64,000 nucleotides of DNA from Euglena gracilis (lineage: Eukaryota), in the NCBI GenBank assembly GCA_039621445.1, contig CP154954.1, positions 11,278,716 to 11,342,715 of the forward strand. The letters are read 5' to 3'. Made by a program: the position numbers and the translations under genes. The notes under the pieces were generated by a model that was not told the DNA's origin, did not search any database, and worked only from the letters and a program-made list of their open reading frames with translations. Within the stretch, counting starts at the first letter, position 1, and the number at the start of each line of letters is the position of its first letter. Of this stretch, positions 24,495-37,591 are shown one piece after another.

Positions 24495-27400
24495 TGTTTT
24501 TTATTAAGAGAAAAAAAACGTTTTAAATAAAATAAAGAAAAACGTCAGCTATGCGCCATGTCCAAGTAACTTCCGCGAAGGGCTGAGTCAAACATACCGT
24601 AGGCTTTGTGGATCCCTGTCGCCAAGCACCTTCGCCGATGCAGGGCGATGCGGGAGTTTTGGAGGCCAAAGGTGTTTTGGTGATGCAGGGCGATGTGGGG
24701 AGTTTTTTTGGTTTTTTTGGAGGCGGGGATTTTGGATGGCTGAAGAGGGGTCCATATTTGGGCCCCTGCTGCGTGGTGCACCCTCCCTCCCCCGCAGACC
24801 ACTCCAGCCTGCCCTTCATGTCTGCCCGTGCCTCTGCCTCTGCTGTCGAGCTGGACCTCTGCGTCCCCTCCGGGAGGTGTGTGACTCCCCTGCAGCCGAA
24901 GGTACCGTGCCCCTGCTACATACCTGCGTACGGCCTCACATTGGAGCTTGCTTCGTACCTGGGTCGGCGATGTTCCTCCTTCTTTCCCTAAGTTTCACTC
25001 CCTGGAGGGGGTGCACCGGTGGGAGAGGGAGGTTATGTGGGGAATCTTAAGGTGTAAGATAAACGGGCGACTGCAGTTGCGGTTGTAGGCATGTGCATGA
25101 TCATTTGCATCCGTGGATGCTTGTCGTGCATGTGAATCTGAAGATGCTTGTAGGGTGCGCATGTGCGCACGTGTAGGGTGCGCATACTGCGCCTTTGGAA
25201 GGATTGGCATCCAACGAGCCGCAAATTTAGTACACAAAGTCGCGAGTTGGATGTCGAGGAAGGTTGGCTGGAGGCCAAGAAGCGGGACCCCCAGGAAGTG
25301 TGACCCCCAAAAGCCTTTGCTGATAGTGCCCCTGCTGTATTTGTGTGCCTGATTTCTACACGAGCCGCATGCCGCCTTGTGTACAGCAAACGGCTGCAGC
25401 CAATGGATGCAAATTCACCCCGCCGTTTTTTTTGTTTTTCAGTCTATTTCAAATTGCGTGCGGAGATTCTAAAGACTCACAGATCCAACGTGCCACGGCC
25501 ATTTTCTCCCCATGCTCCTCGGGGGCTTGCGGCGTAAACCCTCGCGCCCCCAACAATTAACTGTTGGGTGGCCATGCGGCCTCCCCCAACACCTTCGGCA
25601 GATTGCCTCCTCCACTTTCCAGGCGGCCAAGCGGTGACGCCTTTGAGCCTGGAAGGTCTGCCGGCCCAAATGGCCTGACCAAGCGAGGCACTGAAAAAAA
25701 TCTACGCTTTTCAAATAAGTGTATTTGGACATTTTTGGTAATCGTGGAGGCGTAATTTGGCCATATCTCTGGCAAGGCGTGGTATTGCGGGGAATGGGGG
25801 GGGGAACCGTGGGATAGGACGGTTAATCGGGCTTCAATTTTCGGTCCCAGAAGTTCAGTTTCTTTCACGGAATTTTTTTGACAATGATTGCGCATTTTTT
25901 TTGCGACCAGATATGGCCAAATTGGCCATCTCCAGCCAGGCGGGTGCGCGAAAACCAATTTCAACAGGGCGCTCTAAGGGCTCAATTCAATGTTTGAGCT
26001 TTTTTTTTCAATTTTTGTTAAAAGGTTTTGGAAGAAAAAAAAGCGGGCCAAAACTGGCCAAAAAAGCGTGTCAAAAAAAAACGGGCTGAGGAAAGGTGGC
26101 GTTGGCCAAAACTTGTTGAGCTCAGACGAGTCCTCCAAACGCTGGTCGGCCAAAGGCCTGGTACCAAAAAACTGGCAGCGGTGGCGTCGAGTGTGTGCGT
26201 GCAGACAGTTCCACGATGGTCACCGCTGCTTGTTCTCTCCGACGAGGCTCTCCATGAAACTGAAGCTGGACATGCTGCCCGTGGCGGCGTGGGCGAAATT
26301 GAGGAACGCCGTGGGGACCTCGAGAGAGCGCAGTGGGGGGTCAAGCAGGGCTGGACGGACGGGAAAGCCTGGTGGTGGGGGTAGACTCCCCCACCACCAG
26401 CAGCTCAAATGCAGCCAGCAGCCCAAATTCGGACTGGGAGCACCCCCCGGGGGGGGGGGTCGAGTGAAATAAAGTTGTGTCCTGCCCGGCCGGAGGCCGG
26501 GCCAGCCGGCCGCCGGCTGGCCAGCCAAATGGGCTGCCCAGCTCACCTGTCCCTGCATTTTTTTCGGTAATTCGGCTGTTCCTCCAGTCCCGATCCAGCC
26601 TTGATCCAGCTCCGGCTTAAGAAAACCCCTGATACCGACCTCTCGGGATTTCAAGAAACGTAAAAGCGATGTACCGACCCGTCATTGTCAATGGGGCAGG
26701 GATTTGACTTAGGCGGCACATCTCGCACTTAAGCTTCTTTTCTTTGTCGATGTGCGCAATTGCGCAAATCGACATTTTTTACAATTTTCTTGAAGCGCCG
26801 AAAGCACCTGGTGAAACAGCAATGTATGAGGTTCACACCTCACGATACAGGGTAGGAAACACACAGGTTTCAAGCCATGATCCTAAAGAGTGTGAAACAT
26901 CTGGAGTGGACAGGCTGGTGTTGTTGTCTGTGAAACAGGTGGGTTGTACACCCTGGCAGTTGCAATGACGGATTTTGATGTGTCTGTGCTTCCTTTAACT
27001 GCAGGGTGATGCACACCTGTTTGAATGCGACCGACTTTTTTGGACAATGTGATGAGCAGGTAAATGGGACGATAATTGTGGCATAAAAAAACAGAACTCT
27101 GCCGCTATCAGACGGATCAAAATGTGTGACCAGCGATGGAACACTCACATGACACATATTTATGAAATGAGGGTTCATGTGCGCAAATGCGCACACCAAC
27201 CACATGTGTATTTTGTGTAAATGGTTGGTGTGCACATTTGCGCACATCGACCATTTGTGCAATTTGTTGATGGTCGATGTGCGCAAATGCGCACACCAAC
27301 CACAAACATAAATAAGTAGTCGATGTGCGCATTGCGCACATAGACCACCTACATAAAATACACATGTAGTTGGTGCACACCAACCACGTGAAAGTTGAGA

Positions 27401-29142
27401 AATATACTCACATTTTTTGTATTACCTCACGAAACAAAACACCTGCCTTTTCCTGAATCTAGAAGGAAAGTTTGTCCAAGGATTTTGAATGGGTACCGAT
27501 TGCAATGTGTGACAAAGAATGGTGGCTTGTAAATGCTCCTTTATTTGATCTCCAAATTATGGAGTGCTATTCATCCTTAACAGTTGATGTGCGAACTTGC
27601 GCACACCGACCAATGTGGGCACATCACTTTTGAAGACATTGTGTGGTGACAAAAATTCTGGTTTTTATATTATACGAAACGTGCAGTAGAACACATTGTA
27701 TGACTGGAGAAAATTTGTCCTCTCCAAGGGCAAGTTTGAATGTGTTATCTCCAACCCGTACGACCGATCATTTTTGCGCCATCAGTTTGGAAGTTACGCG
27801 GGAGGAATTGATGACGCGTAACCCCCCCAAGGCTGCTGGACACTTTTTTCAAAAAAGAACAACGACTTCCAGAATTTCAAAATTACGTGTGTGTATTCTT
27901 CCTGTTTCCTCGACCGGGAATCATTTTTCCGCTATTGCCACAATGATGCCTCGTTTTTTCCTCAGAAAACATGCAACACACCAGTTTTTGTGCACGATAT
28001 CAGGGTGTTAAATCCCATTTCTTTCACGCAACCCAACCAGGTGTAAACATTAACTATTCTCAACTTCAAGGTCAGAGGATTTGATTTTCGACAATTGGTA
28101 ATTCTTTCCCGTTTTAGGCACGAATGATCCGTTCCGCAAAATTTTAATTTTCATGGCTCTTGGGAGCTATGACCAAAGTGAAATGCAAATTGAAGACCAA
28201 AAAGAGGTTAAAAAATCACCCCTTTTGACCCCTTTCCCATCTCCCCAACACCATTGAAAAAAGCTGTTGAAAAAAAACTGCTGTTATCTGCTAAATCAAA
28301 AATTGTCTCCTCCGCTGTCCGTTTCCGGCTCCTCCTCCCCCTGTCCTGCTCCTGCTCCTCCTCCCCCTGTCGAAAAAAAATCGAAAAATATTATTTTTAC
28401 CCGAAACGATGTCTTTGGGCCTCCCGAACCCAGAAAAACTGTTTGAGCCGAAAACGAGCGTTTTTCCGACCCGCCAGCGCCCCGTTTTGGACCGCCAACC
28501 CATTGTCTGGGTCATTTTCGGGTCACAAAAGCCGAAAAGATAGAAAATTTTGCTTTTGCCCAACGCGATTTTTTTTGGCGGAAAACGGGGCGCTGGCGGG
28601 TGGAAGAACGCTCATTTTCCGGCCCAAAACAGTTTTTCTGGGTCCGGGAGGGCTGTCAACCCACTCACTTCCGGTCATTTTTGGGCCAAAAAAGTCGAAA
28701 CAATCGAAAGCATTTTTTGTTCGGAGCACTGCTTTTTGGCTAGCCTGACCCGGAAAAGGTGTATTTTCAGCCACATATGAGTGTTTCTTCCCCCCCGGCG
28801 CCCTGTTTCGAGCACAGATGTTTACCAGGTGTATGCTTCTGTCCACTTCCGTTGAGGAAGTTAGGATGGAAGCAGATCCTATTAGGATTTCCTAATGGGT
28901 GCCCCTTCTCCCTCCACAGGTGGTATTCTGTTCTATTCTTTATTCTGTTTTGTCTTTCCTTTTTCTCCGGACCGGACTTTAATATCCAGTCCGTCCTCCC
29001 TGCATTTCTCTGTGCTTTGCTTATTGGGAAGTGGGAAAAGGGTTTTTCTGATACTCTGATTTTCAGTTCCCAAGTATGTGTGCCAAGGCGAAAGCGAAGG
29101 CTTTTGGGAAGTGGGAAAGGGGAATTTGGAATCAGACGTACA
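24495..29142 (+). repeat. Copy 3 of ~4.85-kb repeat unit
   Basis: Starts TGTTTTTTATTAAG and ends GTACA, 2 nt before the PBS. Confidence 0.9.
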
Positions 29143-29224
29143 CTTGGTAGCAGATTGGTTTCAATCCTACACATACTTCACAGAATGAAAGGCTACGAGG
29201 TATTACACTTGGTAGCAGATTGGT

Positions 29225-32200
29225 TTGATCCTGGCAGCGGAGAGCCCCTGCACCGTTATTACACGGTCGCGGCCTCAGCTCCTGGCTTCTAGTCAACGTC
29301 TAAGCAGACGAGCAGGCTCCGGAAGGCTCTGTACGTTATTACCCGTTACAGCCCCTCTGGTGCCAGCACAACTGCTTAGTTTTGTGGGTTTTTGCTGTTT
29401 TTGTCATCAGAAAGATGAAAAGCAAGGCCCCAACCATCAATTCAACTATGCCTTATTACAGGCATCATTGCAAGACATTGACCAAGAAACAGGGGATTGG
29501 AAGATTTTATGTGAAAGTGCTTCCGGTTCCCACGCCGATGAGGCACAATTGGTTTAATTGTCAAGGTTGCAACATTTGACGTCATTGACAGTGGTCGACG
29601 ATGAGCCCTCCACATCATTGGCTTCAGAGGCTAATGTGGCCTCTTCCGCACCCACCTTGCCACAACGGGGGTATTCGCCTCTGTCTGCGGCAATGGTGCA
29701 GCAGCGCACACCGGAGAGACCCGTGCTGATTCCGCCACCGGGCTTCTCTGGTGATGGTGGGCTGAAAACCCCGTGTTTCTTTCAACCACCACCCGTTCTT
29801 CCACCGGCAAGCCCTTATAGAGCTTTGCCACCACCACCCGATCTTGGGTGCTATCCCACACTACCTTGGCAGCCGGAGACTCGCCTAGTGGTACCGGAAT
29901 TCTCCGGTATGTCCCAACCCCTGGATGGCTATGGGAAGGGCACTGGGGAGCTCCTCATTGCTGAGGATGTGCAGGATATCGTTGCTCGGCTTCCAGGGGA
30001 TCACGCCCTTGTGAGGCAGTTCAACCATGTGCAACAATGTGTTGCATATTGTGCAACCGCACTCAACAAAGTGCTGCAGTTTGAAGAAGACATCCAAAAA
30101 CATCTCTTCACCAAGGTGGAATACTGCTGGAATTACTTGCAGGAAGTTGGCAAATATTGCCAGAGGAATTTCGAAAGTGCCGGTATTGACCTTGCAATCT
30201 TTCGGGAAACCTTTGACAAAGTGTGCCAACAACTCCCGCAGAACTTCCGGCTAATTAGTGAATACGTGCATGAAGCGGAAACGCGGAATGACTCCAAGTT
30301 TCTGCACTTGCATGACGCACTACGACAGTTCCCGGGACAAATGGAGTCCTGTTTATCCGTTTTGTTGCATTTGCAACAACAGTTGCAGGCACGAGATTCC
30401 TCGTCTGCAACAACAAACAGTGGTGGATTTGTGTCTACGTACCATTTCCCCACATTGTCCGCAACTTTCCATGAATCGCAACAGCACATTATGCAATTGT
30501 GCGATGGAACGGAAAAGTGTCGGCAATTCCAGTCACAAGCCAACGAGAATTTTGCTCCCCACACGTACGCGCGGCAGTTGGAGGAGCGGCTTTCCCGTTT
30601 GGAGCAGAAAACCTGCTATTGTGAGGCAAATCGGGTTGGATTATCCAATCTGAGCGCGAAAGTGGCGGAAATAACACAACGGCAGGATTCCCTGCAGTTG
30701 CAGTTGCAATCCGACATTGGCGGGATTAACTCGGCCATTGCGGGTTTGCAACAAAGCTATTCCGCACTTTCCCACCAAGTTCCGGACAAAAGCGGCATTC
30801 AGACTGGTATTGGGGAACTCCAGACCCCGGTATGCATCGGTGTCTACCAAAGTAACGGAAATGCAGTCTTTACCAGCAGGGTCCAGTTCCCGGATTACCG
30901 AGAACCCTGATTTCAAGGCATTTTGTGACAAAATGCTCACTTGCAATCAGGAAACCTTTTTTTGTGAATCGGAATGCCCGATCCACGCAAGGTGAGATTA
31001 CCAGGTTGGATGAGCGAATTTGCGTGTTTTTGGATAAGCCACAACCCTGAAATTTGCCTGTGGGTACCACAACCGCGTTGTCGGCTAACCGCGCACCGGT
31101 TGCACCCAAAACCACACCAACCAAGGTGACACCACCTTTGCAGATTCTCTCAAATGCTGTAAAAGCATTAACGGGACAACTCCAATTATTGGATGAGTCT
31201 CACGGGAAACTTGTCCAAGATGTTACCGCAATTTCCGAAAGGGTTCCGCATTTGGATGACTTTTCCCGTTACCGCAAGCGTATTCACGCTTTGGAGGATG
31301 AAGTTGACCGTATTTGCGGCCAACTCCAACTCGTTAAGCATTTGGAACAAAGTGTGCATGACTTGTCTGTGGGTTTGGATAATGTGTCAACCAACAGCGG
31401 GTTTCACACCGCAATTCATAGCCTTCAATTTAAACCGGATTTTTCTCGTATCACACGTAAATCGTTGTAACCAAAAAGATCAAACTCTTCGTTTTCTGGG
31501 TTTCCAGCTGATTTTTCTCCCGTTTCATTTGTCAGATCCACTGTCGCAGATTTGGCAGATTAAGCTTGCTGATTTTTCATCACCAAAAACTCAGCCTGAA
31601 ATAAATCCAGCCTTTGTTGCAATTTTTTTCCCGCTCCTGCTGTTCTTTTCGAAGTTCAACGCACTGCTGTTGCAGTAAAACTCCAACCTGCTGGTTCATC
31701 GAGTTTTCCATTTTAGCCCGAATTTTTTCAAGCTTCCCCTCCCTTTCACTCAGCCTCAACCTTTCCTGCAACATTTCACTGATAATGACTTCGGCAGTAT
31801 GCATTGCCGAAGATGCGCCAAATGTTCCAGATTCGCGTTTCCATAACCTGGCTCTGGGTGCACATGCACCACCACCACCCGTGTCCCGAGTGTCACAATC
31901 CGGTAATCCGCGAATTGTGCCACCATTGGCCCTGTTCACAACCCAAACCCAGTTTTCGGATGAATTTCCCATTGCGGGAACCGGATTTTCGGTCTCTACC
32001 AAGAAATCCATCATTCCATGCTTGTGCGTGGAATGAGCCAAACACGTACACCGGGAGTGGGTCACATGTTGCATGCGCGACATACCCCCACACCGGAGAT
32101 TCGCCGTTTTCCGGGTGAACAACAGGGTCTGCGACCGGATTTCCGGTACCAGGATTCACCGTCACCAGAAATTTCGCGATTCCGATAGGAATCCGGAACG

Positions 32201-33504
32201 GATACGCTTGCTGCTCGAGCGTACCCAGGCCCAAATCTACGGAATACCACCGAGGGTCAACGGGTTCCTCAGAAAGACTTCAAGGGAACCATCGCAATTG
32301 CGAACAAGGTGAAACCCCAATGGGACGGTGATCCAACCACACGGAGACAGTTTTTCCGGACTGGAAGTACTACTGGGCATTGAAAGGGCCAACCCAGGAC
32401 ACAAACCCGGAGGTTATCAAGATGAAATTCACCGATTGCCTCCCTATGGATGAGACGGATCGCACCCGACAACTTGTAATTCGCTACCGCGTTTCCTTTG
32501 ATGACCTGGTAGAGCAATGCGCTTCCACCAAGTTCAAGTTTGGTCGCTAAGATTACCCTGGAGACCAAGTGGCGGCAATGTGCTCCACCCGATCGCAAGT
32601 GGAAGTCCATTGACCTTTGATATGCCAAATGGTTAGGACTTGCCGCTGAAGTGGATGAACTGAGTGAAAAGCAAAAGCGCGAACAGTTTGACGCTGTTCT
32701 CATGCATTTCACGCCTAGCCTCATCAAGGATATCCACCGTAAGGAGTTGGCGAGTCATCCAATGACTCTTGACCAACGCTGGAACTCCGTTTCCAAGTAG
32801 TTGAAGCTACCACAGCTTCTTGGTCAGATTCAATCCGCGTATAACGCACACCCAACCGCTGGATTACCCGCTGGTTCGGTGAACGCATTGCAATAATCAC
32901 CGGTTTCACCCACTTCACCTACCACAGGATCGAAAACGCGATATCCGTGTTCTTCGGACCAAGCCACAGATAAAGTGTGCTTTTTGGGACAAATCGGGAC
33001 AAATCGGGACATATGTCTCGGGAATGTCCTAATCCTGAAGCGCGTAAGCGTATTCAGAGTCCGCGAGGCTCGACCTCATCACGACGTTCGGGTTCTTCCG
33101 CATTTCCACGCCAATCGGGCAATTCACGGTCATCGGGTCCCCGTTCCGGTGGTATTAGCCCCCGGATCCCGTTCCGCGATGAGCGGAAACACGGTACCCC
33201 TCGGGGTAGGTCACCCGGTGCCACGTCCAAGAAGCGTGATTCTTATCGCGAGACATCGCGATCGCGTTCGCGAGGCGGATCATCCTCTTCGCGCTCCTCA
33301 TCGGGAAAACCTCGATACACCGGTCATGGTCGACGGGATACCCGTTCACCACGACGGTTTGACGGGAAATTGGGAAACCGATCCCCCCGTTACCCAGAGT
33401 CGCGACACAAATCCCGGTGTTTGCTTTGTGGATCAAGTGATCACCACTCACCTAAATGTCCGGTTCTCGTTCCCCCCGCCCTGGCGAAAGTCATCGCTGT
33501 ATGA
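29225..33504 (+). pseudogene. Gag-like region of gypsy family B, copy 2 (multiple stops and frameshifts)
   Basis: Near-identical to 16386-19413, then continues to GHMSRECP, an RS-rich tract and the CCHC knuckle CLLCGSSDHHSPKC. Confidence 0.8.
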
Positions 33505-36111
33505 ATCGCGGTGACAAGGGTCACTCCTCCAACCGCCATAAAGTCGGTTTCAAGATATCTTGTTTGGAGGATTGGTGGGATTTACCCGCTGATGTACCCC
33601 TATTTGTGGACTTTTGTGGTATATTATTACCACCTGTTAAAGAAATCATTTTTCGCGTTTGTTTCTTCGACGCATTCGGAATACTTGATTTGCGTGTGCC
33701 AAGACACCTTGGTACCAATGGGGATGCCACACCCTCAACGCAGATTTCTGCGGTCATTGAGAGTGCGGACCAACACCCCAAGTCTGCTGACTATTGTTCG
33801 CGAATTACTCGTGACTTCCATGGTGTACTGGATAACCCAGTTTACGCCTGCGACATCGACCCCGTGATTCGCGGTCCGTTCTGTGTTTGCAAAATCGTGC
33901 TCAAGGATGGCGCTAAGCCCATGCACCGGAAATTCTTCCGTTGTTCGTGTGATCAACGAGATGATTGAGAAGCTCATCCAGCGGAAGTGGATTATCCCTT
34001 CTAAGAGCGAATGGACATCACAAGCCTTTGTGGTGCCCAAACCCGCTAACCAGTCTGGTCAGAAGAAGTGGAGACTGGTGCTGGATTACCTGTACCTGAA
34101 CTCCCAAACGAAGGATGACCCCTTCTTGTTACCGCTGATCGAGGATTTGATCACGACACAATCGGATAACCGGTTGTGCTCAATCTTTGATCTGGAGGAC
34201 GGTTCCCATCAGATGCATTTGCATCCTGATTCGCCACCGTACACGGCATTCGTGACATCCAACGGTGTGCACCAATGGACGGTACTCCCCATGGGTGTTA
34301 AGAATGGCCAAGCCATGTTTCAACATATGATCCACTGGGTTTTGCGTGATTTACCGTTTGCTCTGGTCTACATCGATGATGTACTGGTGGGAACCCAACC
34401 GCCATCCGCGAAATCGGGCGAGGATATCCTCGAACCACATTATCGCGATGTGCGGGCGGTATTATCCGCGTTCAAAAAGCATTTGCTTTTTGTGAAGGGT
34501 TCCAAAATGCACCTGTTTTCAAAATTATTAAGTTTTGCGGGCACATCCTGAGCAACGGGCAGCGTAAAGCTGCACCCAGTAAGATGGAGGCCATTAAGAA
34601 ATGGACTCCTGAGGTCATCAAGAACTTAACGCATTTAAAAGTATTTTTGGGATTAGCCCAATACTACACGATTTACATGAAAGATTTAGCGAAAATCGCG
34701 GTACCCCTAACCCGACAACTCAAAAATCGGACACCCGATAACGCGAAAGTCATCTGGGATGACCAAATGCGCGAGGCCTTGAAAAAAATCAAGGACTTGC
34801 TCTTCGAAAACGCGGTTCTCGATATCGCGGATCCATACAAACGGTATGTCCTGGAAGTCGACAGCAGCGATTACGCTGTTGGCGGAGTTCTTAGCCAGCA
34901 TAATACGGCAAATAAACTCCGACCTGTGGCTTTCTTCAGCAGGAAGCTACAGGGCGACAACGGGAAAGGACAGGTTAAATGGAGCATTCGCGAAAAGGAG
35001 ACATATGCAATTGTGCTCATTCTCCAGAAATTCCGCAGCTGGATAGCCAGCAGCTTGGTCCAGATACTCATGTTGACGGATCATGAGAGCCTTCAACACT
35101 GGCATACCGAGGACAAGGTATACCTAAACAAGGCCATGTCATCAGTGGGCAGAAGATGCCGATGGCATGAGTTCTTGAAACAGTTTAACCCGGTGGTTAT
35201 ATATACCCCAGGTCACACGCAAAAAGTTGCGGATCCTCTCAGCCGAGCCCCCTGGTATTATCCTTGGAACCCGGATGAGGGTGATGCGACTTTTCATGGC
35301 AGCCGTGAGGCTGACCAGTTCGCATGTCGATCAAACGCTGCGGACAACATGCTCGATTCCCTACCCGTTTCCCGGGTATATCGCAGCATCGCCATTTCAC
35401 CATTGCGTGGAAAGCGCCGGCGTGGACGCACTGCCGGACCCCGTCGCATTACGCGTACGGAAACTCCTACCCCCGTGTTTTTCCGGAATGGGATTATTCG
35501 CGTGACCCTATATTATAGTACCATTGTGAATAGACTTCGTAATGGTGAATCCATAGAGAATTACTCTCTATCACCATTGCGCCTTATTTTCCGGAATGAT
35601 TCTGGTTATTAATATTGTATACCCAAAGACCTGGTTGATGATGTTATTTTGAGCTATCGCAACCATGGTCACCCTGGGGCCCCAAAACTTCTTTCACTGG
35701 TGGGCCGCACGTATTGCACAACCCTGAGTGAAAAAGATATATATTCGCGCTGTTTGCGAATTTCGCAACGGTGCCAAATTTGCCAGGCTGTGAAACCGCG
35801 CAGAGGTACCCCCCTGGTACGATGGACTTTTTCCCCGTACCACCAGACATTTTTACGTCCGTCTGCATGTATTTTCTCGAACTTGAACCTTGCAAAGGAT
35901 CAGTTGACAAAATTTACGATTACCTTTTTGTTGTCGTCTGTCGGCTGAGTGGGTACATAGTAGCCTTTCCATGCCGGAAAGCAGGGTTGACAGCCCAGAT
36001 TTCGGCATCTACATTCCTGGAAAAAATGTATCCGCTTAATTTGTTTACCGAACGAAATCGTGAGTGATAAAGATCACTTGATCTCTTCGCAGTTTTCCAC
36101 AAATTTGTGCG
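33500..36111 (+). pseudogene. Ty3/gypsy pol remnant: RT, RNase H, N-terminal integrase; truncated at 36111
   Basis: WRLVLDY, IFDLEDG, PMGVKNG, YIDD (34369-34380); LEVDSSDYAVGGVL, EKETYAI, TDH, ADPLSR; HGHPG...CQIC. No protease motif seen. Confidence 0.9.
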
Positions 36112-36929
36112 TCCCGTGGGCTGGGTCGCCTGGGCTGTGGTGTAAGGTTCTCCGTAGTCCTGTCGTGCTTCAGGGTGGCAGGTAATACTGCCACACCTGC
36201 TGGGGGCTCACCGGGTAATTCCGGGGTTGCCACCCGCAGCTGAGGCTGGTACAGATAGTATGGGGTGTATCCACGGCGCTGAATGGCAGCCAGAGAGGCG
36301 TAATTCCTCGTCCGGTGCTCTTCAGACGTAAATACTGGCTCCTGCAGGAAGTGCCGAGCAAGCTCATCCTGATCGGTTCCCGGAGGTGCCATGTGGTAGT
36401 AGGGAGCCTCCGGCCCACGGGGGATATCCCCGGTCTGGACAGGAGGTGCACTGGGCGGTCGGGCTGCCGCACGGTGGGGATGTTCATCCTCCACCACTAT
36501 GGGCTCCACCTGCCGCGGTGGCTCAACGCCAGGGGCAGGGCGGACTGGTGATGCCTGTAGCATCCAGTGCATGAACATGTGTTGGACGTATGCCTCAGGG
36601 GGCACGTCCGACTGTCCGGCTGGGAGCACGCGTGCGCCGCGCGGGTAATCCGCGTGCGTCGCGTACTGCGAGACAAATTGCTCCGCTGGCGGCTCACGCG
36701 GCGGCATTCGCTGCGGCCAGGGCGGGCGAGCAAAAATTATCGTCATCCCAGGTGGGACATGCGCAGCCTCACCTACCGGTGGGGGGGTGTGCTCACGCAT
36801 ATGCACGGTGTGCGATCCCACCAGCGTCTGCGTTTGCAGCATGGGCGGCACATACACGCCCAGGTCCATCACTGTCTCGCCAGGCTCGAATCCGGAATCG
36901 GATGCCGACGAGAAATACCGTCTCCCTGT
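36112..36929 (-). pseudogene. 3' part of the post-chromodomain ORF of the minus-strand gypsy element
   Basis: Joins in frame with ORF 50769-51584 (...GQALMT-GRRYFSS...) once 36930-50773 is removed. Confidence 0.7.
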
Positions 36930-37591
36930 TGTGCGCGGTCCGAGGGTGCCCGCCCCAAGGGGGGGTCCCAAGCGGGCCCAAAGGGGCCACGAAGGGCCGC
37001 GAGGGGGCTCCAAGGTCCCCAAGGGCCTTTTGAGGCCCCACTGGCCCCCAAGGGGGCCCCACAGTCCATTTTGACCAAGCCAAGGAGGGGGCAGTTGGAG
37101 GGGGCCAACAGGCAAACCCCAAGGGGATGCGCAAGCCCTGCTGGGCTTTGCGCAAGCATGCGCACCCCCTTGGTGGGCGCTTGGGATGGCGCAATTCATT
37201 AAGAATTGCGCAGAGTATACCAAGTAGCCCCCCCCCAGCTGTAGCCCCCCTCCAATTGTACATTTTCTGTTCACAGGGCTCTGTTTACACTCTGTTTTAT
37301 TTGTCATTTGGCATTCAATTGTGTTTGCATTTGCAACAATCAAACAATTCAAGCAAACAAGTTCAAGTCATTGATTATTATTGATTATTCATTCAAGTTC
37401 AATTGACTGGACCTCAAAAGTATGTCATTTTCAACATCACCATCCTCAGCAACACCCACCCCTACCCCATTTTTCCTCCAAGGGGAAAACCACCACCAGG
37501 TGGGCCCGATGGGCTCAAATTTAAACGATCCTACGCGGGTTGCGCCGCCAGGGGTCCCTTCACAGGGACCTCAGGAGGGGCGACCCCTACA
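36930..37591 (+). repeat. 5' LTR
   Basis: TGTGCGCGG...CCCTACA; only a handful of differences from 50113-50773. Confidence 0.95.
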
